Shown piece after piece: positions 36,405 through 49,644 of a DNA stretch of 64,000 nucleotides (position 1 is its first letter; the number at the start of each line of letters is the position of its first letter). The stretch is taken from NCBI RefSeq assembly GCF_006345805.1, contig NC_043010.1, forward strand, positions 7,130,001 to 7,194,000. Reading direction: 5' to 3'. The notes beneath the pieces are model-generated. The model was not told the DNA's origin and searched no databases. It saw only the letters and a list, made by a program, of their open reading frames with translations. Position numbers and translations under genes: made by a program. The DNA comes from Octopus sinensis (taxonomy: Eukaryota).

Positions 36405-38410
36405 TCATCATCATCATCTGCATCATCATTTAACATCCACTTTCCATGCTGGCATGGATTGGACAGTTTGACTGAGAACTGGCAAGCTGGGAGGCTGCAC
36501 CAGGCTCTAGTCTGATTTGGAAAGGTTTCTATATTTGGATGTCCTTTCTAATGCTGACCACTCTGAGAGTGCAGTGGATGCTTTTTATGTGCCACTGGTA
36601 CAGGAGCCAGTCAAGTAACACTGGCATTGGCCATGCTTAAGTAGTGCTTTTTATGTGCCACCGGCATGGGAGTCATTCAAGCAGCACTGGCAATTATCAC
36701 ATTTGAATGGTGCTTTATATGTGCTACCAGTATGGGACCAGTCAGGCAGCACTGGCATTGACCATGCTCGAATGGTACTTTTTATGTGCCACTGGCATGG
36801 GTGCCAATCAGGCGGTACTATCATCAGTCACAACAAGGACATCACTTGACTCAGCAGATCTTCACAAGTGCAGCTTATTGCCCAATGATTGAAGGGTACT
36901 CTTAATGGGCCAGTTATACTGCACTGGCATAGGCCATGGTTAAAGTCTCACTTGGCTTGCTGGATCTTCTGAAGCACAGCATATCTCCAAAGGTCTCAGT
37001 CACTTGTCATTGCCTCCTTGAGGCCCAACATTCAAAGATCGTGCTTCACCACCTCATCCCAGGTCTTCCTGGGTCTACTTCTTCCACAGGTTCCCTCTAC
37101 TGCTAGGGTGTGACATTTTTTCACATACCTGTCATCATCCATACACAACACATGACCATACCAGTGCAGTTGTCTCTCTTGCACACAACATCTGATGCTT
37201 CTTATGTCCAACATTTCTCTCAGGGTGCTTACACTCTGTTGTGTATGCACACTGATATTATACATCCAGCGGAGCATACAAGCTTCATTTCTTGCAAGCT
37301 TACGCATGTCCTCAGCAGTCAAGGCCCATGTTTCACTGCCATGTAGCATGGCTGTTCACACACATACATCATGCAGTCTACCTTTTATTCTGAGCAAGAG
37401 GCCCTTTATCACCACTAGAGGTAGGGGTTCTCTAAACTTTGCCCAGGCTATTCTTATTCTAGCAGCTACACTCTCTGAGCATCTACCCCCACCACTGACT
37501 TGGTCACCTAGGTAATGGAAGTTATCAACTACTTCTAGTTTTTCTCCTTGGCATGTGACGGAAGCTGTTTTCTGCACATTTTCAGTGTTTATTGCCCCTG
37601 AGCATTTTCCACATACAAAATCTATCTTCCCAGTTAGCCTTCTTTTGATATTGCTGTACATCTTATGTGTCCATAGCTTACATTGGGTCCATCTTATGGA
37701 GCTTCTACCAACGCCTTTTCTACAGCTCGAGCAGAGCCATCTACCTGAAGGGATTTGAGATTTGTCTGCCTTCCTACATATTAAGACTTTGGTTTTTGCT
37801 AAATTGACTCTAAGGCCCTTTGATTCTAGACCTTCCTTCCATACCTGAAACTTCTCTGGTTCTGATAGTGACTCAGCTATTAGAGCAAGGTCATCAGCAC
37901 AGCGAAGCTTCCAGGGGCATCCTGTCTTGAATTCCCCTGTTATTGCCTGGAGGACTATGATGAATAAGAGAGGGCTGAGGAATGATCTTTGGTGAACTCC
38001 TATCCCTACCTGGAATTCTTCACTGTACTCATTGCCAAACCTCACCTTATTGACAGCATCCTTGTACATGGCTTGTACAGCTCTCACTAACCACTCATCT
38101 ATCCCTAGTTTCTGCATTGACCACAACATAAGGGATCAGGGGACCCTGTCATAGGCTTTCTCCATATCAAAGAAAGCCGGGTACAGAGGTTTACCTTTGG
38201 CTAGGTATTTCCTCTGCAGCTGTCTTACCAGAAATATAGCATCAATGGTGCTTTTCTCTGGCACAAATCCAAACTGCATCTCATCTAATCTGACTCTGAC
38301 CCTACCTAATTAGTTGGGCTATGACTCTCTCTGTGACTTTCATAGCCCAACAAATTAGGCAGAGAGTCAGTTTAGACAAGATGCAGTCTGGGTTTGTGCC
38401 AGGGAAAAGC
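36405..38410 (-). mobile_element. Decayed 5'-truncated RTE-clade LINE (RT C-terminal half plus 3' UTR)
   Basis: ORFs 37356-38129 (SFLSPLLF, ADDLALI) and 37032-37349 (LHGSETWA..LHWYGHV..GRSRPRKTW); (cat)n tail at the left end. Confidence 0.9.
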
Positions 38411-38419
38411 ATATATATA

Positions 38420-40590
38420 TATCATCATCATCATTATCATCGTTTAACGTCTGTTTTCCATGCTGGCATGGGTTGGACAGCTCGACTGGGGTCTGGAAAA
38501 CCAGGAGGCTACACCAGACTCCAGTCTGATCTGGCAATGTTTCTACAGCTGGATGCCCTTCCTAATGTCAACCACTCCTAGAGTGTAGTTGGTGCTTTTT
38601 ACATGCCACCGGCACAGGGGCCAGAGAGGGCTGGCATCGACCATGATCGGATGGCGCTTTTTACATGCCATTGGCATGGGAGACACTCAAGGCGGTGCTG
38701 GCATCAGCCACGTTCGAATGGCGCTTTTTACATGCCCCCAGCATACAAGCCAGTCGGGAGAAGCCAGCCCGACCATGTGTTCGATGCCAGCTTGACCATG
38801 TTTGGATGGTGCTTTTACATGCCACTGGCACAGGAACCACAACTACAATTTCCATTTGATGTTGATGTACTTGACTCAACAGGTCCCCTCAAGCATGGCA
38901 TGTCACCCTACAATCCAAGGATACTTTTGAGTTGGCTGGTTATACAACACTGGTGTAGGTTGCAGCTGTGATCTCACTTTATTTGCTGGGTCTTCTCAGA
39001 CACATCATATCTCCAGAGGTCTCAGTCTTTCGCCATTTCCTCTGTGAGGCCCAACTTTCGAAGGTCATGCTTCACCACCTCATCCCATGTCTTTCTGGGT
39101 CTCCCTCTAGCCCCAGATTCCTTTCACTGTTTGGGAGTGGCACTTCTTCACACAGCTCTCCTCATTCATCCATAATACATGACCATTCCAATGCAAACGT
39201 CTTTCTTGCACACCACATCCAATGCTTCTTATGTCCAACATTTCTCTCAGGGTGCTTACACTCTGTCGTGTGTACACACTGACATTACACATCCAGCGGA
39301 TCATGCTAGCTTCATTTCTTTTGAGCCTACGCATGCCTTCAGCAGTCACAGCCCATGTTTCACTGCCGTGAAGCATGGCAGTTTGCACACATGCATCATG
39401 CAATCTACATTTCACTCTGAGCTAGAGGCCCTTTGTCACCACTAGAGGTAGAAGCTGTCTGAACATTTCCCAGGCAATTCTTATTCTAGTGGTAATGCTC
39501 TCTGACCATTCACCCCCATTACTGACTTGGTCTTCTAGGTAGCGGAAGCTATCAACTACTTCTAGTTTCTCCCCCTGGCATGTGATGGGATCTATTTTCT
39601 GAGCATCTGTGACATTTATTGCTCCAGTGTATCTGCCGCACACGAAAGCTATCTTCCTGGTTAATCTCCTTTTGATTTTGCTGCACCTCTTATGTGTCCA
39701 TACCTTACACTGGGTACATCTTATGGAGTTTCTACCTACAACTTTTCTACAGATCGAGCAGGGCCACCTACCTGAAGGGGTGTGTGAAGTGTTCGCCTTC
39801 CTACTTACTAGAACTTTGGTCTTTGCGACATTGACTCTAAGACCCATCGACCCTAAACCTTGCTTCCACACCTGGAATTTCTTCTCTAGGTCTAGAAGTG
39901 ATTCTGCTATGAGGGCCAGGTCATTAGCATAGAGGAGCTCCCAGGGGCAACCTGTCTTCACTCCTCTGTTATTGCCTGGAGGACTATGATGAGGGCTGAG
40001 GGCTGATCCTTCATGGACCCCTACTTCTACCTAGAATTCTTCACTACACTCTTTATCAACTCTAACCTTACTAACGGCATCTCTGTATAGGGCCTGTACA
40101 GCTCTTATTAACCAGTTGTCAATCCCCAGTTTCCACATCACCCACCAGATAAGGTTTTGGGGGACACTGTCAAAGGCTTTCTCCAAGTCCACAAAAGCCA
40201 AGTATAAGGGTTTATCTTTGGCCGGGTATTTCTGCTGCAGTTGCCATACCAGGAATATAGCATCAGTGGTGCTGCTAGCTGACACAAAACTGAACTGCAT
40301 CTCATCTAAGTGGATTCTCTCCCTAATTAGTTCGGCTATGACCCTCTCCGTGACCATCATCACCTGATCCAGCAGTTTTATACCCCTGTAGTTACTCCTA
40401 TCTAGAGCATCACTTTTACCCTTGTAGCAGTTGCCTATGGTGCTGCTATGCCAGTCATTGATTATGACTCTATCTTGAACTACCTGCTTTACAATACAGG
40501 TGACTAAACCATAACCGACACCACTAGATGTTTTAATCTCAGCAGTGATTCCTGATGGGCCGGGGGATTTTCATGGCTTCATACCCTTAA
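38420..40590 (-). mobile_element. Second decayed RTE LINE, adjacent to the first
   Basis: ORFs 40031-40363 (AFVDLEKAFDSVP), 39422-39961 (LLYANDLALI) and 39107-39415; 3' UTR with subrepeats and (cat)n. Confidence 0.92.
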
Positions 40591-40608
40591 TTGCTTTATC
40601 CATCTATC

Positions 40609-40683
<75 letters not shown>

Positions 40684-40695
40684 ATATCTATCTAC

Positions 40696-40727
<32 letters not shown>

Positions 40728-40752
40728 ATATCTATCTACCTATCTATCTATC

Positions 40753-40791
<39 letters not shown>

Positions 40792-40824
40792 ATGTGCATG
40801 TATATATATATGTATATATAAATG

Positions 40825-40856
<32 letters not shown>

Positions 40857-40859
40857 TAT

Positions 40860-41322
40860 GCATGTGTGTGTGTATATATATATATATATACATATACATA
40901 TACATACATATATATATATATAGGAATGGCTGTGTGGTAAGTAGCTTGCTTACCAACCAAATGGTTCTGGGTTCAGACCCACTGTGTGGCACCTTGGGCA
41001 AGTGTCTTCTACTATAGCCTCAGGCTGACCAAAGCCTTGTGAGTGGATTTGGTAGACAGAAACTGAAAGAAGCCCGTCGTATATATATATATATATATAT
41101 ATGCATGTGTGTGTGTATATATATATATATATACATATACATATACATACATATATATATATATAGGAATGGCTGTGTGGTAAGTAGCTTGCTTACCAAC
41201 CAAATGGTTCTGGGTTCAGACCCACTGTGTGGCACCTTGGGCAAGTGTCTTCTACTATAGCCTCAGGCTGACCAAAGCCTTGTGAGTGGATTTGGTAGAC
41301 AGAAACTGAAAGAAGCCCGTCG

Positions 41323-41353
<31 letters not shown>

Positions 41354-41555
41354 ATATATGTATGTGTGTGTATATGTTTGTGTGTCTCTGTTTGTCCCGT
41401 CAACATCGCTTGACAACCGATGGTGGTGTGGTTATGTCTCCGTAACTTAGTGGTTTGGCAAAAGAGACCGATAGAATAAGTATTAGGCTTACAAAGAATA
41501 AGTCCTGGGGTTGATTTTCTTGACTAGAGGCAGTGCTCCAGCATGGCCACAGTCT
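40860..41555 (+). mobile_element. SINE A with an exact 243-bp tandem duplication of its head and flank
   Basis: aggaatggctgtgtgg starts at 40922 and 41165; the intervening units appear identical. Confidence 0.88.
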
Positions 41556-41595
41556 ATATAAAGAATGTGTAGTGGCTAGAGATCCATCATGGTGA

Positions 41596-41673
<78 letters not shown>

Positions 41674-41719
41674 TTATATCTTAATATATATACATATACA
41701 TATACATATATATATATAA

Positions 41720-41960
41720 AATATGAATTAGATATAAAACCACTATTATGCAATTCAACAATGATAGACATAAACCAAAACAAATAACAAATAAAATATA
41801 TTCTAATAAAACATATAACTAAATTACAAAAAGTATAAAAATGAATAATCAATATATAATAAGTAAAAAAAATCTACGTACATTTCATGGCTACAATTAA
41901 ATTCAAATTACAATTAAATTTAAATTTGATTGAAATGGATTCAATCTTCAGGTTAACAAT
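41720..41960 (-). mobile_element. Single arm of the 11960-type element with a degenerate HHR (41872-41954)
   Basis: Minus strand AAC-CUGAAGA...AGCCAU-GAAAU-GUAC-GUA^-GAU; arm homologous to 12055-12200. Confidence 0.6.
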
Positions 41961-42169
41961 AAGAGTTTAACTAAATTTGCTTATTTATTTGACTATATAT
42001 TAAGTTACATAGATATGAATATACATACATATGTACATACATACATAAAAACATTATATACACATGCATATAAATATGCGCACACACACAATATATATAT
42101 ATATATATGTAGGATGCAGCACGGAATTTTGTCAGTCAAAGGTCACAGTTTCAAAACGCCAATGCTACA

Positions 42170-43795
42170 ATACCACCTTAAGAATAAATGCAGCTATGCC
42201 TCTCCTGGTCTCGATGGTGTTGCATACCTAATTCTCAGACGCAGTGGGTACTTTCTTCTAAACCAACTTTCACTATTCTTTCAATTCTGACTTGACAATG
42301 GTGTCACTCCAGAGCAGTGGAAAACTGCCAGTGTTATCCCTCTGTTCAAAAAAGGTGACCGCACATCACCTGTCAACTATTGCCCAGTCAGTCTTACTAG
42401 CTGCATCACCAAACTGATGGAATCCTATGTCAGAGAAACCCTCTGGAACTTCTGGAAGTGTCACAGCCTCATCCAGCCATCACAATTTGGATTTATTCCT
42501 AAGTCCAGCTGCTGTAATCAACTCATTGAGTTTCTTGAGGACATTACCCAAATTATTGATGGCAGCTCCTGGGTGGATGTTGTTTACCTGGACTTTGCTA
42601 AGACTTTTAATTCTGTGCCACACAAAAGACTTATGGTGAGTCTCTCTACAATGGGTGTAAGAGATGATCTCTATAACTGGTTGAAGTCCTTCATTATCAG
42701 CCGAAAAATGGTTGTCACAGTTCTAGAACAGAACTCTTCACCCTATGAGATGACACCTGGGGTGCCACAGGGATCTGTTCTTGGCCCCCTTTTATTTGTT
42801 GCATATGTTAATGACATAGATGCCAACTTAAAGAATGCCACAATGCTGAAATATGCAGATGACATCAAGCTGTACCTTGAAATAAAGAGGACAGAACCTA
42901 ACACTATAGATCTTTATTGCAATCAGACCTGGACACAATGCAGCAGTGGATCATGGAATGGCAACTCAAACTGGCTGTGGACAAATGTACCCCCATGCAT
43001 TTTGGGAGGAAAAACCCAGCGTCAAGTTACTCCATCCACAACACTAATCTCAAAAAGTCTTCTTGTGAACATGACCTGCGTTGGACAAAACACATTGCTA
43101 AAATTGCCAAGAAGGCTGAGGATGTCTTGGCATCACTTACTAAGTCCTTTGTGAGCTGCTCTCCGGCTATTTATCCAAGGCTTTTTATAGCTATGGTGCA
43201 GCCTCACCTGGAATTTGCATCACCAGTCTGGAACCCCTATCTTGCCCAGGATATTAATCTTCTGGAAGCCGTTCAGCGCCGTGCAGCCAAGAGAATACCC
43301 TCCATCAGGTATTTGCCATATTCTGAACGTCTTCCTTCTCTGGGCATGGACACATTGAAACTCCGACGTCTGGCAGCTGACTTGGCAGAGACCCATAAAA
43401 TTATTAACCATCTTACAAACAATAATTCTGAGCACCTTTTCAAACTCCATCTGTTTAACACCTGTGGACATATTTACTAAGTCAGAAAACAGCACAACTC
43501 CCATGACTTTTCGGAAACATTTTTTCACGCTAAGAGCTGCTGAAGTATGGAACAAACTGACGACATCAGTTGTTAGTTGTCAGAGCACTGCATCCTTCAA
43601 AACTTCCATGCTTCCTGAGATTTGCCTGATTTTCTACCCTGATTTTCTCCCGTCATACAAGCACAAGCATGTATCTGACTCATACATTGTTCACTTCCCA
43701 GACATTTGTACATTACTGCATATACTTTATATGCACTTTTGACAAGTTGTGGTGCACCTGAGCACTGTATACAATAATTTCATTATTATTATTAT
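42170..43795 (+). mobile_element. 5'-truncated CR1-clade LINE (RT pseudogene, 3' UTR, (ATT)n tail)
   Basis: KKGD..NYCPVSLTS, VDVVYLDFAKTFNSVPH, GVPQGSVLGPLLF, YADD, FFTLRAAEVWNKL; several stops and frameshifts. Confidence 0.95.
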
Positions 43796-44220
43796 CAAAA
43801 TTAAATTTAAATGTGGAAGTGAATCTAACAGTTTTTGTGTGGATTATAAACACCTTCCATGTTGCAATTGTTTATATTTCAGCTTACGATCTCAAATCAG
43901 GTCACTTGCTATGCAAGTACATTTCCGTAATATGCGTGTGTATGTGTGTGTGTACTTTTCTATTTATTTTTCTTGAGCGTGAGGATTCACAAAACTGGTT
44001 ACCCAGATTCTGTAGCATATAAGTGACTGAGATGACAACATTCCCCTGATCAAAATGTTGGTCTGTTGCTGGGTTGAAAGCAATCAATTCTGAGGGAAAG
44101 GGGTAAATCAATTATATTGAACCCAGTATTTGAATGGTACTTGAATTTTATTGACTCCGAAGCAATGAACAGTAAACTTGACCGTAGCAAGATTTTATTA
44201 AAGAATGTGAAAAACCCAGT

Positions 44221-44510
44221 GTGCGTGGCTTAGTGGTTAATGTGTTGGACTCACGATCATAAAATTGCAGTTTCGATTCCTAGACCAGGCAGTGCACTGT
44301 GCTCTTGAGCAAAACACTTCACTTCATGCTGCTCCAGTCTGCACAGCTGTAGAAATGTGTACCAATAGTGGAGTCACGTTGCATCGTGGTTAGGATGTTG
44401 GACTTAAGACTAAGATTGTGGTTTCGAACCCTGGACCATGCAATCCCTTGTGTTCTTGAGCAAAGCACTTAATTTCATGTTGCTCCAGTCCACCCAGCTG
44501 CAGAAAAGAG
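44221..44510 (+). mobile_element. Two tandem heads of an old tRNA-derived SINE (family E)
   Basis: tagtggtta...gtttcgattcct and gtggttagg...gtttcgaaccct, each followed by cttgagcaa..cactt...gctccagtc; an old minus copy lies at ~17480-17600. Confidence 0.65.
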
Positions 44511-44786
44511 TTTACCCCAGAGAGGGATGGACTCCACCAGATATGCTGCTTGGCTGCAGTGCCCCTATGACCCCAAAGGGTAAAGGGATTTGTCCAAAAA
44601 TAAAAATGCTTGCAAGTGTCGGATGTAATTTGTTGAGGCTGAATTAAATTGAGATCAGAAAAAGATATGATTGATTGATTCTAGTTTCAGCTCACGAGCT
44701 GTGGCCATGCTGGGGCACCGCCATTTTGTTCATAATCAAGATAAAAAAATATTGTGGATAAGTAACAGGAAAAATAATATAAATGC

Positions 44787-45716
44787 TTGGAAGACAGATT
44801 CAAAGCACCGCAAAACAGAATATTGAAAGACTTCCATGTAGGACATCCAGGGATTTCCCAGATGAAAAGCCTCATGAGGGGTTTCATGTATTGGCTGAAT
44901 ATGGACAAGCAAATTGAGAGACTAGTAAAACAATGCAGGGGATGTGCTATGGCAGCAAATGCACCCCCAGTGCAGATACAGCCGTGGCCAAAAATGGATT
45001 CAGTATGGTGTAGACTGCAAGTGGATTTTGCAGGGTTAATAAATGGCTCTCATTATATCATCGTGGTGGATAGCTATTCGAAATGGCCTGAAGTGTGTAA
45101 ATGTTCAAGGCCAACCACAAATGTGATTATTGAATTCTTGGAAGAATTGTTCACCCGTTATGGAGTGCCAAATACTATCAAGTCAGATAATGGCACACAA
45201 TTCACGGTGAAGGAGTTCGAAAGATTCTGTAAGTTGGTCCAGATGAAGCATCGGTTAACCCCACCATACCATCCAAGGTCAAACTCCACCATACCATCCA
45301 AGGAAAGATTTGTCGACACATTCAAGAGAACCTTAAAAAAGACCAGATGGGAAGCCCTTGAGGATAGAAACATGACAAAGTTCTTACAGGTGTACAGAAT
45401 AACACCAAATCCAAATGCAGAGTTGGGTAGATCACCCACAGATTTGATGTTCTCCAGAAGGATACGTTCTGTGTTTAACAAATTGTTGCCAAGTAGAAAA
45501 TGGAAAATACAAAATTCGGGAAGTAGAACAAAATTTTTTAACACTGATGATGAAGTGTATTTTAAAATATATAAAAACAGAAAACAGCACTGGGTACAAT
45601 GTAATATAACTGGACGTCTGAATAACATAATGCACAAGGTAAAAGGACCAAAATATGAACATAAAAGGCATTTTAACCAATTACAGGAAAGATATACCAA
45701 AAATCAAGGAAGGTGA
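44787..45716 (+). pseudogene. Ty3/Gypsy integrase (H2C2 zinc finger plus rve core), 5'-truncated element
   Basis: HVGHPG...CRGC; LQVDFAG, IKSDNGTQF, ERFVDTFK catalytic motifs in the 309-aa ORF. Confidence 0.93.
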
Positions 45717-45928
45717 GAGGAGCCAATTGATATATGGTATGACATGTTTGAGGTCCCAGAACCATAAGTGAAAGCAGAACTGACACGTAGGTCGAACAGG
45801 AAACGAAAACCTACAGAAATGATGGAAATTAATGCCAAGAGAAAGAGATATGCCAGTTTCTCACCGAGGGAATAAAACCGATAAAAATAAAGAATAAACA
45901 AAATAAAAAAAAGAATAAAGTCAATCTC

Positions 45929-46146
45929 AAAAGGGGGAGGTGCTGTGTGGAATTACAACACCCCTATTGGTAGGTTCCTAATGGACTGTGCCACAATATA
46001 AATGGACATATGCAGAGAGCCCTCAGTGCAGTGTAAAACCGAAATTTGCGTATTGTCGAGGGTTATTACCAGTATCTTGAGTAGAATGATTTGCGAGGAC
46101 ATTATTATTATTCCGTTATATCATACATTGAATGTGCAATACAACA
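45929..46146 (+). mobile_element. Polypurine tract plus 3' LTR of the Gypsy element
   Basis: PPT aaaagggggagg (45929-45940), then TGCTGT...ACAACA (45941-46146). Confidence 0.75.
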
Positions 46147-46154
46147 TATATATA

Positions 46155-46555
46155 CATCATCATCATCATTGTTCGACCGTGGTCGAGACAATGGAATTTA
46201 CCATGCTACGCCAGACTTCATGGTCCATCATGGCATTACGGAGGTCCTGTTGCTGGATGCCTGTATCCCTGGAGATTACATCAGGGTAGGAGAGTGTGCG
46301 CCCTCTGGTATTGTGAGTAGATGGCTTCCAGAAGAGAAGAGTAGAAATTGCCTCGTTTTCAGCTCTACAACAATGTCCATCAAACTGGACTCTCCTACCT
46401 TTCACAAGAGATGGCACAGGTGGTAGTTTCCCATATATTTGCATTTTGGTTGGATGACGCTTCCACAAGAGATTTTGAGCTCTCATAAGGAGTTGAGTGT
46501 AGGTTCCATCCGACCGCCTCTCAAGCTTCTTTGATAACGTCCATGTTTCTGGACG
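46155..46555 (-). mobile_element. 3' end of a different RTE-like LINE
   Basis: RRVQFDGHCCR...LLFWKPS...RGRTLSYPDVI..DTG...AMMDHEVWR; (cat)n tail. Confidence 0.8.
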
Positions 46556-46576
46556 TTATATATGTATGTATGTATG

Positions 46577-46676
<100 letters not shown>

Positions 46677-46773
46677 ATACACAAATATGTATAATACTCA
46701 TACATAGATACACACTGATATATATTTGTACACACATTCACACCATATATATATATATATTATATATATATAT

Positions 46774-46851
<78 letters not shown>

Positions 46852-47139
46852 CATACATATATATATATATATATTGATATACTGCGTGATACCTTGGTCA
46901 ACAGTCTTCTACTCTAGCCTCAGCCCAACCAAAGCCTTGCAATGGACTTGGAAGACGGAAACTGAAAGAAGCCTATCATACACATATATGTATATATTTA
47001 TGTGTGTGTGTGTCTGTGTTTGTCCCCCCTTATCGCTTGATAAGTTAAAGAATAAAAGAATATATACACATTTATAAAGAATAAAAGAATATATACACAT
47101 ACAGATATGTGAGTGAGTGTGTGTGTGTCTGTGTGTGTG

Positions 47140-47181
<42 letters not shown>

Positions 47182-47379
47182 CTAATGATTTTCTTTCAGT
47201 TTCCATCTACCAAATCTACTGACAACACTTTCCTCTGACTGAGGCTACTACAGAACAAAACTGAACCCAATAATTCTACACTTGAAACATGAACTTCTTA
47301 ATACCACAAGCATGAGTACTCCTCTCTGTGTGTGTGTGTGCGTTTTTATATACATACATACATATATACATATATATAC

Positions 47380-47446
<67 letters not shown>

Positions 47447-48075
47447 TATATACATATATATATATACACACATACATATGTTTGTGTGTGTGTGTGTATG
47501 TATGAAAGTATATATATATGTATGTGTGTGTATCTAGTTACCTAAATATATAAGCATGTAAATCAATATTTCATATATAAATACGTACACACATACATAC
47601 GTACATACATACATACATACATACATACGTACATACATACGTAAATACATACATACATACATACATACATACATACATACATTCATACGTACTTACATAC
47701 ATACATGCATACATGCATACATACATACATATATACATACATACATAGATACATACGTACATACATACATACATACATGCATACATACAAACATACATAC
47801 ACACATATATACATACATACATACATACATACAAACACACACACATACATACATACATACATACATACATACATACATACAAGCAATATACACATGTGTG
47901 TCTATGTATATTCACAGAAGCACATGTTCTGTCATGCATAATGTCTTCTGTCTATAACATTGTAAAGCATTTCTTTTTTCCTTTTTTCAAATTGTGCTCT
48001 TTTCCCCTACTCCATTGTTCTTTTATCTATTGTTAAGTTGGTATTACCTTCAGCTACTCTCGCCCCCCCCCGCCA

Positions 48076-48107
<32 letters not shown>

Positions 48108-48244
48108 AACCCTGCAAATGTTTCCTCATCTCACCTGTACTCTTGCTATTTACTTGATCAATACATCTATTTATCTGTCTGTTGTTTTTTCTACCCGTCT
48201 GTTTTTTTCTTTGATATATATATATAATATATATATATATATAT

Positions 48245-48285
<41 letters not shown>

Positions 48286-48291
48286 TATATA

Positions 48292-48336
<45 letters not shown>

Positions 48337-48447
48337 ATATATATAATATTATATATACATATATATATATATATATATAATATATATATGTATATGTATA
48401 AGTGTATATCTATCTATCTATCTATCTGTCAGTCTGTCTATCTGTCA

Positions 48448-48493
<46 letters not shown>

Positions 48494-48494
48494 A

Positions 48495-48800
48495 TCATCA
48501 TCATCATCATCATCATCATCGTTTAACGTCTGTTTTCCATGCTAACATAGGCTGGACGGTTCGACCGGGGTCTGGGAAGCCAGGAGGCTGCTCCAGGCTC
48601 CAGTCTGATCTGGCAGTGTTTCTACAGCTGGATGCTCTTCCTAGCGCCAACCACTCCGTAAGTGTAGTGGGTGCTTTTTACGTGCCACCAGCACAGGTGC
48701 CAGGGGAGGCTGGCAATGGCCATGATCGCTGGTGGTTTTTACGTGCCACTGACACGGAAGCCAGTGAAGGCAACGCTGGCATCGGCCACATACGGATGGT
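48495..48800 (-). mobile_element. RTE 3' tail fragment
   Basis: (cat)n-cgtttaacgtctgttttccatgc... with subrepeats. Confidence 0.85.
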
Positions 48801-48823
48801 GCTATATATGTATGTATGTACTG

Positions 48824-49518
48824 TTGTGTCTGGGGAGGGTCATTCTCTTTTAGTGCCTTATAATTTAACACACTCACCGGTAAAATTTCCACTGATTTCT
48901 TATTTTTATTTTCCTAAAATTTTTGTTGCGTCTTGCAACCTTTTCAATAGTCTTGACTCTGTCCCTTATTTACACTGCGTTCCCTTTTGTTTGTTTGTGC
49001 GCATGTGTGTAGGTCAGTGTCTGTGTGTGTGTGTGTATACATGCATACATGTACGTATGTATGTGTGTGTGTATGCATGTGTATGTATCCTGCATATTTA
49101 TGTGCTTGCATGTTCGTGTTCGTGTATTTTCTATGTATGTGTGTGCGAGAGCATGTGTTTGTATATGTATGCATCTCTGTCTCCTTGTGTGTGCATATCT
49201 GTGTGTGTGTTATGTAACTATGTACCATGTTTGTATGTATGGATGTGCATCTTTATATGTGTGGACCCATGTCCCCATATGTGTCTGTTCTTGTAGCCTA
49301 TGTACCAATCCGTCTGTATTTTGATCTGTTTATTTACATATCTAAATGCTTACATGCAGAAATAAAAAAATAAAAAATAAGAAATAATTGGAAATTTTAC
49401 CAGTGAGTGTGTTAAATAATAAGGCACTAAAAGAGAATGACCCTCCCCAGACACAACAGAATATGCTTCAACACACGAACTCATATAAAGAATCTTGCAA
49501 ACCAAATCCCAAAACGAA

Positions 49519-49520
<2 letters not shown>
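48824..49520. mobile_element. Inverted-repeat element (~95-bp arms, ~440-bp spacer) with an HHR-like relic at 48914-48950
   Basis: gtctgggagggtcattctcttttagtgcctta..ttaacacactcaccggtaaaatttcca is mirrored at 49390-49456. Confidence 0.8.
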
Positions 49521-49561
<41 letters not shown>

Positions 49562-49566
49562 ATACA

Positions 49567-49600
<34 letters not shown>

Positions 49601-49644
49601 CATACACACATACATGTATGTGTGTATGTATATAAACATGTATA

